Below, piece after piece: positions 20,601 to 29,345 of a DNA stretch of 64,000 nt. Origin of the DNA: an uncultured delta proteobacterium (GTDB taxonomy: Bacteria > Desulfobacterota > Syntrophobacteria > BM002); the NCBI GenBank assembly GCA_963712115.1, contig CAVQGX010000032.1, positions 96,001 to 160,000 on the forward strand, in the 5' to 3' direction. Position 1 is the first letter of the stretch; the number at the start of each line of letters is the position of its first letter. The notes below the pieces were generated by a model that saw only the letters and a program-made list of their open reading frames with translations, was not told the DNA's origin and made no database searches. A program made the position numbers and the translations under genes.

Positions 20601-22045
20601 TATTTGAGAACATATCGAGTGCTCCGACCTCCGCCAACTCTTGCCACTATCTCCATTTCCACCAGCTGACTCAGATCACGTCGGGCATGGCGATCGGAAA
20701 TTTGGTTGATTTGGATATAGTAGTCGTTGGTTATATAACCGTTTTTCCTTATGAAATTTATTGCTTTGACTTGGCGTGAATTCAGACCAAGATAGGGGAG
20801 CAAATCCCCAGATCCGTTCAGCTCTGGTCCTTTCAGGGCTTCCTCCGATGGTATGTCAGTGATCCCTGGAAGTCTTTTCTGTAATAACTCTTCCGCTAAG
20901 TCCTGGGGCCGAATTTCGTTACCGTCGCAGAGAATTACTGCCCGTTCAATGACATTCTCTAGTTCGCGGACGTTACCTAACCAGTCATACTGGTAAAAAT
21001 ACTTAATTGCCTCATGGCTTACATTTTTTAATGGAAGCCCGTTGGCCTTGGCCACCTTTCTGAGAAAATGGTGAACCAAAAGTGGTATGTCATCACGCCG
21101 TTCTCTGAGGGGGGGAATGTTGATGTGGACAACCTTCAAACGATAATACAAATCCTCCCTGAAACGTCCGAGCTCCACCTCCCGCTTGAGATCACGGTTG
21201 GAAGCGGCTACCAAGCGAGCATCCACCTGCAAGGTCACAGTACCGCCCACACGCTCAAATCTCATTTCCTGCAGAACCCTTAGTAACTTCACTTGCAGAG
21301 CAGGAGACATATCACCTACTTCGTCCAAGAATAAGGTTCCGTTATGAGCCAGCTCGAAACGACCTTTTCGTCTAGTGACAGCCCCGGTAAATGCACCCCT
21401 CTCGTGGCCAAAAAGCTCGCTCTCCAGCAGCGTTTCAGGTAAAGCTGAACAGTTAACCGAAACAAACGGTTTATCACTCCTGGGGCTGTTGAAATGTATA
21501 GCCCTGGCGATAAGTTCCTTGCCTGTACCTGACTCTCCGGTGATCAGCACTGATGCCCGTGTTTGCGCTACCTTCTCAATAATCTCATACACCTGGCGCA
21601 TGACCTTGCTTTTGCCCACAATGTTGCCGAACTTGAAGCGCTCCTGCAGTTCCTGGCTGAGCAAACGGTTCTCTTCCTTGAGCCGGTGCATCTCTAGGGC
21701 TTTACGGATGGTTAGTATCAGTTCTTCATTTTTGAAAGGCTTAGTAATGTAATCAAAAGCGCCCCGCTTCATAGCTTCCACAGCTTTTTCCACTGTGGCG
21801 TAGGCTGTCATCATGATCACAGGGATTTCCGGTTGAAGACCCCGCAATTGAACCAAAAACTCCATCCCGTCCACACCTGGCATCCTCATGTCAGTTATGA
21901 CCAGATCCAGGTCATGACTGGTTATAACCTCAAGAGCCTCACTGGCATTGTCACAGGTAATCACCTCATAACCCGCGTCTGCCAAGAGTACCTCTAGAAC
22001 CAGGAGATAATTCTTTTCGTCGTCAACGATGAGAATGGTTTCCAT
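20600..22045 (-). CDS. sigma54-dependent response regulator (REC-AAA+) with a C-terminal winged helix
   Basis: REC domain (VDDE, DMRMP), GESGTGKE, GAFTGA, FREDLYYRL, GNVRELEN; tail LNSRQVKAINFIRKNGYITN...RRDLSQLV...GGGRSTRY. Confidence 0.93.
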   Translation of the reverse strand: METILIVDDEKNYLLVLEVLLADAGYEVITCDNASEALEVITSHDLDLVITDMRMPGVDGMEFLVQLRGLQPEIPVIMMTAYATVEKAVEAMKRGAFDYITKPFKNEELILTIRKALEMHRLKEENRLLSQELQERFKFGNIVGKSKVMRQVYEIIEKVAQTRASVLITGESGTGKELIARAIHFNSPRSDKPFVSVNCSALPETLLESELFGHERGAFTGAVTRRKGRFELAHNGTLFLDEVGDMSPALQVKLLRVLQEMRFERVGGTVTLQVDARLVAASNRDLKREVELGRFREDLYYRLKVVHINIPPLRERRDDIPLLVHHFLRKVAKANGLPLKNVSHEAIKYFYQYDWLGNVRELENVIERAVILCDGNEIRPQDLAEELLQKRLPGITDIPSEEALKGPELNGSGDLLPYLGLNSRQVKAINFIRKNGYITNDYYIQINQISDRHARRDLSQLVEMEIVARVGGGRSTRYVLK

Positions 22046-22112
22046 GCTTTTCTCTTGATGTGCGACCTGACCGAGCAGTAATGTCTAACTTACAAATACC
22101 AAATTCCTAGCC

Positions 22113-22205
22113 ACCATGCATCACGCATGGAGCATAGGGCATGGGGCATGGAGTTAATATGTTGTTTATTTTTACGCTATGCTCCACGCTCCATGCGCCA
22201 TGCTA
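22113..22205. repeat. Inverted heptamer array
   Basis: GCATGGA/GCATAGG/GCATGGG/GCATGGA, an AT-rich spacer, then CGCTATG/CTCCACG/CTCCATG/CGCCATG. Confidence 0.8.
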
Positions 22206-22235
22206 ACTCTGCTTGCTGCCAGCTTTTCGCAGTGC

Positions 22236-23696
22236 CTAATGTTCTGGGTTCACCGGCAAAGCAATGATAATAGCTGTTCCTTTGCTCTCTAACTGCGAGA
22301 GCTCTTCCGGGGGTGGACTCTTGATATCGACCGTGCCTCCGTGGCTTTCGATTATGTTTCGGACTATGGGAAGTCCTAACCCGGTTCCTGTCTTGCGGGT
22401 AGTGAAGAAGGGATCGAATATTTTCCCTATATTATTCCCAGAAATACCACAACCGGTGTCCACTATGATGACCTCAAGGAAATCCTCTCGGGGGTCCCGA
22501 TACCGAGTTACTACCCGGATAGTGCCCCCATCGTCTAAAGCTTCCATGGCATTAACGAAGATGTTCAGAAAGGCGCGATAGAGAAGATCGCCATCGGCGA
22601 TGACTGGCCTGCCATTTTCGGCAAAGCGAAGTTCCACCCTTATGCCTCGTCGCTTGAGTTCAACCTCCAGGAACTTCAGGTTTCTTTCCAGAACCTCATC
22701 TACTCTGCATTCAGAGTAGTTCGGAGTGGTGGGACGGGCAAAATCCAGAAAATCAGTGACGATCGAGTTGAGACGACTAGTCTCCTCCATAATTATTTCA
22801 CCCAACTGTTTTTTGGGGTCATCCTCCTCCATTTTATGGTGTAGGAGTTGGGCGGTGGAACCAATGATTCCAAGTGGATTCCGGATCTCATGGCTGATGC
22901 CAGCCACCATCTTACCTAAGACAGCCATCCTCTCAGCCTGATTAAGCTGATCCTCCAAGCGGCGCCTCTCTTCGGCTCTTTTAGCGATGATCCTTTCTCC
23001 CCTCTTTACAATGAAACGTAAGACGAAAAACAGAAGACTCATCACCCCCAGAAAACTCGCGATAATTATGTTCTGGAAACGGGTGATGGCTGCATAATCC
23101 TCAGAGATATCTTGGGTAATTTCGAACACCCCCAGAATACGGCCATGGCCCCGCCCCAGAGGTCTTTCCATGCGAAATGGGATGTAAGTCTTGAGCTGCC
23201 TTTGCTTCGCCACTACTCCCAACTCGAAACCAAGAAAGCTTCCACGAGAAATCAGCTGGGATGAGGATTTGCCCTCCCGGGCCAACTTAAAATCGATTCC
23301 CCCCAACCCTGTGAGCCCAACTAAGGAACGATCGGTACTATAAGTAACCACCTCATTTATATCATAGACATCCACCCTGTATAGATTGAATCCGTGAATG
23401 GTGCTACTAACTACCTTGTCCATAAGATCATATTGTTTGGGGTTGGCAAGCTGTATCCGACCGTATTTGAGCACCGTGGGCAGGACAAATTGGGTGAAAA
23501 CTTGGTGGTTCAAGTTTGTGGCCACGAAGAGGGCGTATTGCTCGCTTTTTCTGAGAAGTTCGTTCTTGGCCCGTTGAGAGATGAAAATGGAGAGCAATAA
23601 GGTCGGGATGAAGATCACCACCAAACTGGTCAATGAAAAATACTTGACCAATCTAAAAGGCTTGATGCTTTCCCTGGCGTCCGCACCTAGCTGCAT
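22236..23696 (-). CDS. Membrane sensor histidine kinase
   Basis: Two TM segments, H-box SHEIRNPL, N-box NIFVNAMEA, DTGCG, FDPFFTT, GTGLGL. Confidence 0.93.
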   Translation of the reverse strand: MQLGADARESIKPFRLVKYFSLTSLVVIFIPTLLLSIFISQRAKNELLRKSEQYALFVATNLNHQVFTQFVLPTVLKYGRIQLANPKQYDLMDKVVSSTIHGFNLYRVDVYDINEVVTYSTDRSLVGLTGLGGIDFKLAREGKSSSQLISRGSFLGFELGVVAKQRQLKTYIPFRMERPLGRGHGRILGVFEITQDISEDYAAITRFQNIIIASFLGVMSLLFFVLRFIVKRGERIIAKRAEERRRLEDQLNQAERMAVLGKMVAGISHEIRNPLGIIGSTAQLLHHKMEEDDPKKQLGEIIMEETSRLNSIVTDFLDFARPTTPNYSECRVDEVLERNLKFLEVELKRRGIRVELRFAENGRPVIADGDLLYRAFLNIFVNAMEALDDGGTIRVVTRYRDPREDFLEVIIVDTGCGISGNNIGKIFDPFFTTRKTGTGLGLPIVRNIIESHGGTVDIKSPPPEELSQLESKGTAIIIALPVNPEH

Positions 23697-23768
23697 GTAT
23701 GCAACCCCTACCCTTTTGGCCTATTTTACACTACCTTTTAGATATTTTCTGCCCGTCCCTTTTTCCAA

Positions 23769-24701
23769 CTAAAAGCTCAAACGTAAGTGGAGCGCCAGTC
23801 GATCTTTCCCAGGTTCCATACCGAAAGAAAGCCGGTATTTTTCCTTGAGCTCCCGGCGATATTTACTTTCATCTTTCTGATTCTCTTCTCTGGCTGCTTG
23901 GGCTGCACTCCGAATTCCGCCTACATACCAGCCCAATTCGAAGAATACCAGGATTCCGCCAAGAACCGGGCTGTCATGTTCAAAGGCCAAAACTGCTCCG
24001 GCTATAAAAAGAGTGTTGAGTAAAAAAGATGAGGCAGCCTGTCCTGGGCGACCCGCATAAAGGTGGCCTGAACCTGGCAAAACCGCGGACAGTGCTCCTG
24101 CCATTACTGGAGACCTCTCCTTTTCTTCCGGCCGCTGGTGCAATGCTTGGCGAAGTGATCTTGCTCTGGGATAGTGTTTACTCTGTGGCTGGATCCGCTC
24201 AAGGGTTGCCATTGCTGACTTATATCTGCCGCTGTCGATCTGGAGCCACGCCAAGCTTAGGTACACGTTATCAAGTTCTGTATAGTCGGGATACCTCTCA
24301 ATAAACTGCTTGGCCCAATAGATGGCCCTCGGGTAACGTTCCTGTTCCTCCCGGATCGCTATCATTTCTAACAAGGCCTCAGGCCCAACCGGCTCTTCCG
24401 CCCTAGAATTGAATAATCTGATCAGGTAACTAAAAGCTTTATCACCCTTACCCTCCCGACGATAGCACCTGCCAATTTGGAGTTTGGCCTGATCATTCCT
24501 GTCATCTTTTGGAAAGAGAAAGACAAAACGTTGGTACTCACTCGAGGCCCGGTAATAGTCTTGCTTGTCATACAGGTGATTTGCAAAGTCCCACAGACGA
24601 TCCGCCCTTTCCTCAGCCGCGACTGGCTGGGCCAGTACCGTGAAGTGTAAAAGAAAAATCCAGCACCAGCCAAATCTGCCTAGTAATAGGGAGCGAACCA
24701 T
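23769..24701 (-). CDS. Exported TPR (BamD-like) protein with a C-terminal hydrophobic TM2-like region
   Basis: Signal peptide, TPR helices, AGALSAVLPGSGHLYAG motif. Confidence 0.7.
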   Translation of the reverse strand: MVRSLLLGRFGWCWIFLLHFTVLAQPVAAEERADRLWDFANHLYDKQDYYRASSEYQRFVFLFPKDDRNDQAKLQIGRCYRREGKGDKAFSYLIRLFNSRAEEPVGPEALLEMIAIREEQERYPRAIYWAKQFIERYPDYTELDNVYLSLAWLQIDSGRYKSAMATLERIQPQSKHYPRARSLRQALHQRPEEKERSPVMAGALSAVLPGSGHLYAGRPGQAASSFLLNTLFIAGAVLAFEHDSPVLGGILVFFELGWYVGGIRSAAQAAREENQKDESKYRRELKEKYRLSFGMEPGKDRLALHLRLSF

Positions 24702-25258
24702 TGCCTCATCCGCTTTAACTCTTGAGTGGATTGATCGTCCTCATCTACCTTCTTTTCCAAAGCTTTCTCTATCTTCTTTTCTATGTTTTCTCGGTTATTC
24801 CGCCGCTCAACATAGTCGCTGTCTAACTCCCGGGCCTTCAGATAGGCTTTGCCCGCATCCATATAGCGTTTCTGGTGGAAGAGAGCCACTGCCAAATTGT
24901 ATTGCGCTTTGCAGTACTGCGGATTTAGTCTGACAGCCTGGCGAAACTCCCTCTCTGCCTGGTCGGGGAGCCTTTGCTTGAGATAGACAACTCCTAGATT
25001 ATTGTGAGGAATCGGGTAGGTACCGTCAAGTTCGATTGCTTTTGTGAAATGAGTTTCCGCTTCTTGTAGATCTCCCGACTTGAGGTAGTAGTAGCCAAGG
25101 GCATTCCAGTAGGGAGCTTTCTGTGGATGGGTCTGGACGAGCTTTTTGTAACGTTCGATACCACGGGCCGCCGGCAATTCACTATCCTTCGCCAACAGAG
25201 GCACAGTGTTGATCAGCATAAGAAATGTCAGTATGCTAACAATCCTTCTAGGAGTCAA
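24680..25258 (-). CDS. Exported tetratricopeptide repeat protein
   Basis: Signal peptide and three TPRs (WNALG, HNNLG, QYNLA). Confidence 0.8.
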   Translation of the reverse strand: MTPRRIVSILTFLMLINTVPLLAKDSELPAARGIERYKKLVQTHPQKAPYWNALGYYYLKSGDLQEAETHFTKAIELDGTYPIPHNNLGVVYLKQRLPDQAEREFRQAVRLNPQYCKAQYNLAVALFHQKRYMDAGKAYLKARELDSDYVERRNNRENIEKKIEKALEKKVDEDDQSTQELKRMRQWFAPYY

Positions 25259-25349
25259 ACTTCTTTCTGTCCTCTCTCACCTGGTAATATGGCACTGTGC
25301 CGCGGGACGGGAGGTCGCACCCATCTCACAGTTTATTGTCGTTTACTGC

Positions 25350-26768
25350 CTACTCATTTCCACCTTCCGTCTTCTGCTCTCTGTCTTCTGCCCTCTGTCT
25401 TCTGCCCTCTGCCTGCTTTCCCCTACTCCCCGTCCTCCGTCTTTGGCGCTCTTCCCGAACCTGGTGGCGCCAGTGCCTCAAACGCTCTGCCAGAGTCACC
25501 TCATAGCCTCGACTTGTGGGCTGGTAAAATTTAAGGTGCTGCAAATCCTCCGGCAGGTAACTCATGGGTACGTGAGCCTCCGGAAAATCATGAGGATAAC
25601 GGTAGTCGCGGCCATAACCCAACTTGCGCATCAGGCCCGTCGGTGCGTTGCGCAGCTCCATTGGTACTGGCAAGCTGCCCCTTTCCTCGGCCTGCCGGCG
25701 AGCTTCGGAGTAAGCCTCATAAAGGGCATTGCTTTTTGGCGCCGTCGCCAGATAGATTGCTGCTTCAGCCAGGGCCAGATCTCCTTCAGGCCGTCCCACT
25801 AAATGAAAGGCCTGCTGGGCTGCCACCGCTACCATAAGAGCCCGAGGATCGGCTAAACCCACATCTTCCGAGGCGAAACGCACCATTCTGCGAGCAATGT
25901 AAAGAGGGTCCTCTCCCGCCTCTAGCATTCTAGCAAGCCAGTAAAGGGCCCCGTCCGGATCGCTTCCGCGCAAACTTTTGTGGAGAGCCGAAATCAGGTT
26001 GTAGTGTTCCTCGCCGTCTTTGTCATAAATAAGAGACTTCTTCAGGATCGCATCTGCCATTGCCTGGCGGTCTACTTGACGATAACCACTCTCATCCTCA
26101 GCAGTAGTCTGCGCCGCCGCCTCCAAGCCACTCAGGGCCAAACGGGCATCTCCTTTTGCCGCTCGGATCAAATAAGTCAGGGCGTCATTGTCCACCTTGG
26201 GTCTCAGACCTCCCAATCCCCTTTCTTTGTCAGCCAGGGCGCGACGGAGAATAAGTTCCAGATCGGACTCATTCAAAGGTTCGAGCACCACCACTGGTGC
26301 TCGCGAAAGGAGTGGCGGAATGACTTCAAAGGAAGGATTCTCTGTGGTTGCCCCGAAAAAAGTTACCGTACCGTTCTCCACATATGGGAGGAGTAGGTCC
26401 TGCTGGGCCTTGTTGAAGCGATGAATTTCATCCACAAATAGTATAGTGGGCCTACCTATTTTTTGCCTGGCTTCATCTATGGCAGCACGAACGTCCTTGA
26501 CTCCAGCAGTGACAGCGGAAAGGTTTATCAGGTGAGCATGATTCTCTTGCGCTATTAACCGGGCCAGAGTGGTTTTACCGCAACCTGGTGGTCCCCAGAA
26601 AATTAGGGATTGCATCCGACCATGCTTGAGCAGACGGCCCAAAAGCTTTTGAGGAGCCATGATTTGCTCCTGCCCCACAAACTCAGCCACGGTGGTAGGC
26701 CGCATTCTCTCTGCCAGTGGTGCTTCTGACTCCCTGCCAGCCGTTGCAAAAAAATCCTCTTGTTTCAA
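25350..26768 (-). CDS. rarA: Replication-associated recombination protein A (RarA/MgsA)
   Basis: [48 protein letters not shown] and ASEDVGLAD motifs. Confidence 0.96.
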   Translation of the reverse strand: MKQEDFFATAGRESEAPLAERMRPTTVAEFVGQEQIMAPQKLLGRLLKHGRMQSLIFWGPPGCGKTTLARLIAQENHAHLINLSAVTAGVKDVRAAIDEARQKIGRPTILFVDEIHRFNKAQQDLLLPYVENGTVTFFGATTENPSFEVIPPLLSRAPVVVLEPLNESDLELILRRALADKERGLGGLRPKVDNDALTYLIRAAKGDARLALSGLEAAAQTTAEDESGYRQVDRQAMADAILKKSLIYDKDGEEHYNLISALHKSLRGSDPDGALYWLARMLEAGEDPLYIARRMVRFASEDVGLADPRALMVAVAAQQAFHLVGRPEGDLALAEAAIYLATAPKSNALYEAYSEARRQAEERGSLPVPMELRNAPTGLMRKLGYGRDYRYPHDFPEAHVPMSYLPEDLQHLKFYQPTSRGYEVTLAERLRHWRHQVREERQRRRTGSRGKQAEGRRQRAEDREQKTEGGNE

Positions 26769-26795
26769 AGCCCCATCCGCCCATATTAGGAATTA

Positions 26796-26872
26796 ATCAG
26801 CAGCTAGCTATCAGCCATCAGCAAGATATGATCTTGCATCAGCTGACCACTGAAATCTGATAGCTGACAGCT
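26796..26872. repeat. Inverted heptamer array
   Basis: TCAGCAG/TCAGCCA/TCAGCAA versus GCTGACC/TCTGATA/GCTGACA. Confidence 0.7.
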
Positions 26873-26908
26873 CGACTATCATTAGTGATTTCAAGGGATT
26901 TGAGCGAA

Positions 26909-26937
26909 ACCTTACCCCAAGCATACTGGTTTGTCAA
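26909..26937 (-). promoter_or_regulatory. sigma70-type promoter for rarA
   Basis: TTGACA-17 nt-TAAGGT on the minus strand. Confidence 0.55.
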
Positions 26938-26949
26938 TGGAGGTAGGCA

Positions 26950-27264
26950 ACAGGAGTTTCGCCAAGAATATTATTGTGACATAGGCCACGGGAAGGCTAC
27001 TCCACAACGATCATATTCGCGCCATTTATTGGCAGAGTTCCTGTTCAGGAAGCACCACATCTTCATGCAACCCCTTTCAAGGCTGAGATTGTTAAGGATA
27101 GGTTGCTCAGATGCTCGTTGTTTCGCAGCCTCCCCTTTCGGCCTTTGCTGATGTCTCTTCTGAGTGACCTGCCCTGTTGAATCCCACCTTCGGTGGGTCC
27201 GCGGAGCGGAATTCAACAGGGCTAGCGGAAGGTCTGTGCCACTTCTCCGCCGACGGCGGATGAG
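26950..27264 (-). repeat. Dispersed structured element, copy 2, carrying a palindromic insert at 27171-27222
   Basis: Reverse complement aligns with 260-546; insert GCCCTGTTGAAT...ATTCAACAGGGC is absent from copy 1. Confidence 0.85.
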
Positions 27265-27451
27265 ACTCGGAACTATAGAAGAAACACCAGGAAACCATTT
27301 TTGTTTCCAAATCACCCACAACTCTATAATGAGCTGAATCCACAGCCACGAGGCAAGAAATTTTGGAGAAATTACTGAGGCAGGTAGGTGAGTAATGCGA
27401 GGGACTTTCGCTAATTACTAAGCGGGTGTAGTGGCTAGTGAGAAATCTTCC

Positions 27452-28159
27452 TTACTCTCCCAAATAGGCCTCCCTTACCTTGGGATTTTCCAACAGGGAG
27501 CGAGCCTTGTCTTCGAGTACAACCCTTCCAGTCTCAATAACATATCCGTAGTCAGCCAACTCCAGGGCAGCCTGGGCATTTTGCTCTACCAGAAGAATGG
27601 TAACACCCTGCTCCTCCCTGATCTGGCGGATTATGCCCATGATATGTTCTACTATCAAGGGGGCCAACCCCAAGGAAGGTTCATCCAGCAGAAGCAGCCT
27701 TGGGGTACTCATCAAACCTCTGGCAATGGCGAGCATTTGCTGCTCGCCCCCGGAAAGGGTCCCACCCACTTGCTTTCGTCGCTCCTCTAGAATGGGAAAA
27801 AGGGAAAAAGCCCTCATGAGGGAGTCATTGATCCCTTTTTTGTCCTTCCTCAAGTAGGCGCCAAGGGTAAGATTTTCCTGCACAGTGAGCAGTGGAAAAA
27901 TTCTCCGTCCTTCAGGTACCTGTACGATCCCCCGCCGCACGATCTCCTCAGGAGCGCGGCCATTGATGGCTTTTCCTTGGAACTCTATATCACCTGAGGT
28001 AATCCGCTGAATGCCGCTAATGGACATGAGGGTGGTGGATTTGCCTGCACCATTAGCACCTATGAGGCAGCAAATACTGCCCTCCTTGACCTCCAAGGAA
28101 ACTCCCTTCAAGGCGTGAATCTGCCCATAGTAGCTTTGGATTTCTTTAAGTTTTAGCAT
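27452..28159 (-). CDS. livF: Branched-chain amino acid ABC transporter ATPase LivF
   Basis: GANGAGKST, VPEGRRIF, LSGGEQQMLAI, LLDEPSLGLAP, VEQN; start taken at MLKLKE. Confidence 0.93.
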   Translation of the reverse strand: MLKLKEIQSYYGQIHALKGVSLEVKEGSICCLIGANGAGKSTTLMSISGIQRITSGDIEFQGKAINGRAPEEIVRRGIVQVPEGRRIFPLLTVQENLTLGAYLRKDKKGINDSLMRAFSLFPILEERRKQVGGTLSGGEQQMLAIARGLMSTPRLLLLDEPSLGLAPLIVEHIMGIIRQIREEQGVTILLVEQNAQAALELADYGYVIETGRVVLEDKARSLLENPKVREAYLGE

Positions 28160-29345
28160 CAGCCGAGCCCCTGCCGAGATAAGCTTCAATCACCCTCGGA
28201 TTGGCCCTGATTTCATCCGGGGTTCCTTGGGCAATGAGCACACCGTGATCAAGGGCATAGATATGGTCGGCTAGGTTCATCATCACTTTCATATCATGCT
28301 CGATGATCAGTACTGTGATCCCTTGGTCGCGGATTTTGCGGATAAGCTGCATGAGCCGAGATGACTCCTGGGGATTCATCCCTGCTGCCGGCTCATCCAG
28401 TAGTAGCAAGCGGGGGTGGGAAGCCAGGGCTCGAGCCAATTCCAGTCTCCGCTGCTCACCATAAGCCAGGGCCCCAGAAAGGTCGAAAGCCCTGTGCTCC
28501 AGACCCACGAACCTGAGATGCTCCAAGGCTTCTACTTCTATCTTTTTTTCTTCGTCTCGTTGGGAATGGGTGCGAAAAAGGGTGCCATATATTCTTTGAG
28601 CCATTCTTCCGTGAGCACCTATCCTGACGTTATCCAAAACACTCAAAGTAAGAAAGAGACGGATGTTCTGGAAAGTCCTGGCCACGCCCAACCTGTTAAT
28701 TGCGTCCGGGCCCAACCTGAACCCATAAAGATGACGCACTTCGCGCAGGAGCAACTGCCAGCCGAGATATGTGCTGAAGGCAATGGCCAGGATAGACCAC
28801 GGCAAAGCCAAATATGTCAGCGGCACCGCCACGCCAGGCAGGTGTCCCAGGGAAGCGGGGTGGGTCAACCACCAGATAGCCAGATAAAGGTCTCCCAGAA
28901 TAAAGACGAACATGGTGCTCCAGGCCCAAATTTCAAACTCTCTCAGGCCCCGCACCACGACCATCCGTATACTCAAAATAAAAATGGCCAGTAGAGTCAG
29001 CTCAACTTTAAAAAAGGTTCTGGGTAAGAAAAAAGACCAGAAGAGTACAATCCATGCCAGACTTAGAATTATAAAGAGCCAAGAAAGCCGCTGGACGAGC
29101 GCTGCTTTTCGGCTCGAAAGTTTTGGCACAACCGACTTTTCTTGAAAGAGCACTTGGCCTTCCGTGGGATAGTAAAGCCCCGTAAGGCAGTTAAAAAGAG
29201 TGGTCTTTCCTGCGCCGTTGGGCCCGATAATGCCCACGATCTTGCCGGTCTCCACCTCTAGACTTACCCGGCTCAGGGCGCTGAGGCCCCCGAAAACTTT
29301 GGAAAGCTCACTAACCCTGAGGATAGAATCCATACTAAGGTTCAC
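28146..29345 (-). CDS. livG: ABC ATPase LivG with a ~137-aa hydrophobic insertion
   Basis: GPNGAGKTT, RTFQNIRLF, LAYGEQRRLE, LLDEPAAG, IEHDM; residues ~73-209 are four hydrophobic segments. Confidence 0.88.
   Translation of the reverse strand: MNLSMDSILRVSELSKVFGGLSALSRVSLEVETGKIVGIIGPNGAGKTTLFNCLTGLYYPTEGQVLFQEKSVVPKLSSRKAALVQRLSWLFIILSLAWIVLFWSFFLPRTFFKVELTLLAIFILSIRMVVVRGLREFEIWAWSTMFVFILGDLYLAIWWLTHPASLGHLPGVAVPLTYLALPWSILAIAFSTYLGWQLLLREVRHLYGFRLGPDAINRLGVARTFQNIRLFLTLSVLDNVRIGAHGRMAQRIYGTLFRTHSQRDEEKKIEVEALEHLRFVGLEHRAFDLSGALAYGEQRRLELARALASHPRLLLLDEPAAGMNPQESSRLMQLIRKIRDQGITVLIIEHDMKVMMNLADHIYALDHGVLIAQGTPDEIRANPRVIEAYLGRGSADAKT

Noticed and set aside
25127-25802. Plus-strand ORFs of 135 and 198 aa
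   Set aside because: Antisense to rarA and the TPR gene, and largely translation of heptamer repeats.
26984-26998. GGCCACGGGAAGGC resembling part of a cobalamin riboswitch
   Set aside because: Other conserved riboswitch elements are missing, copy 1 differs here, and it faces away from the adjacent gene.
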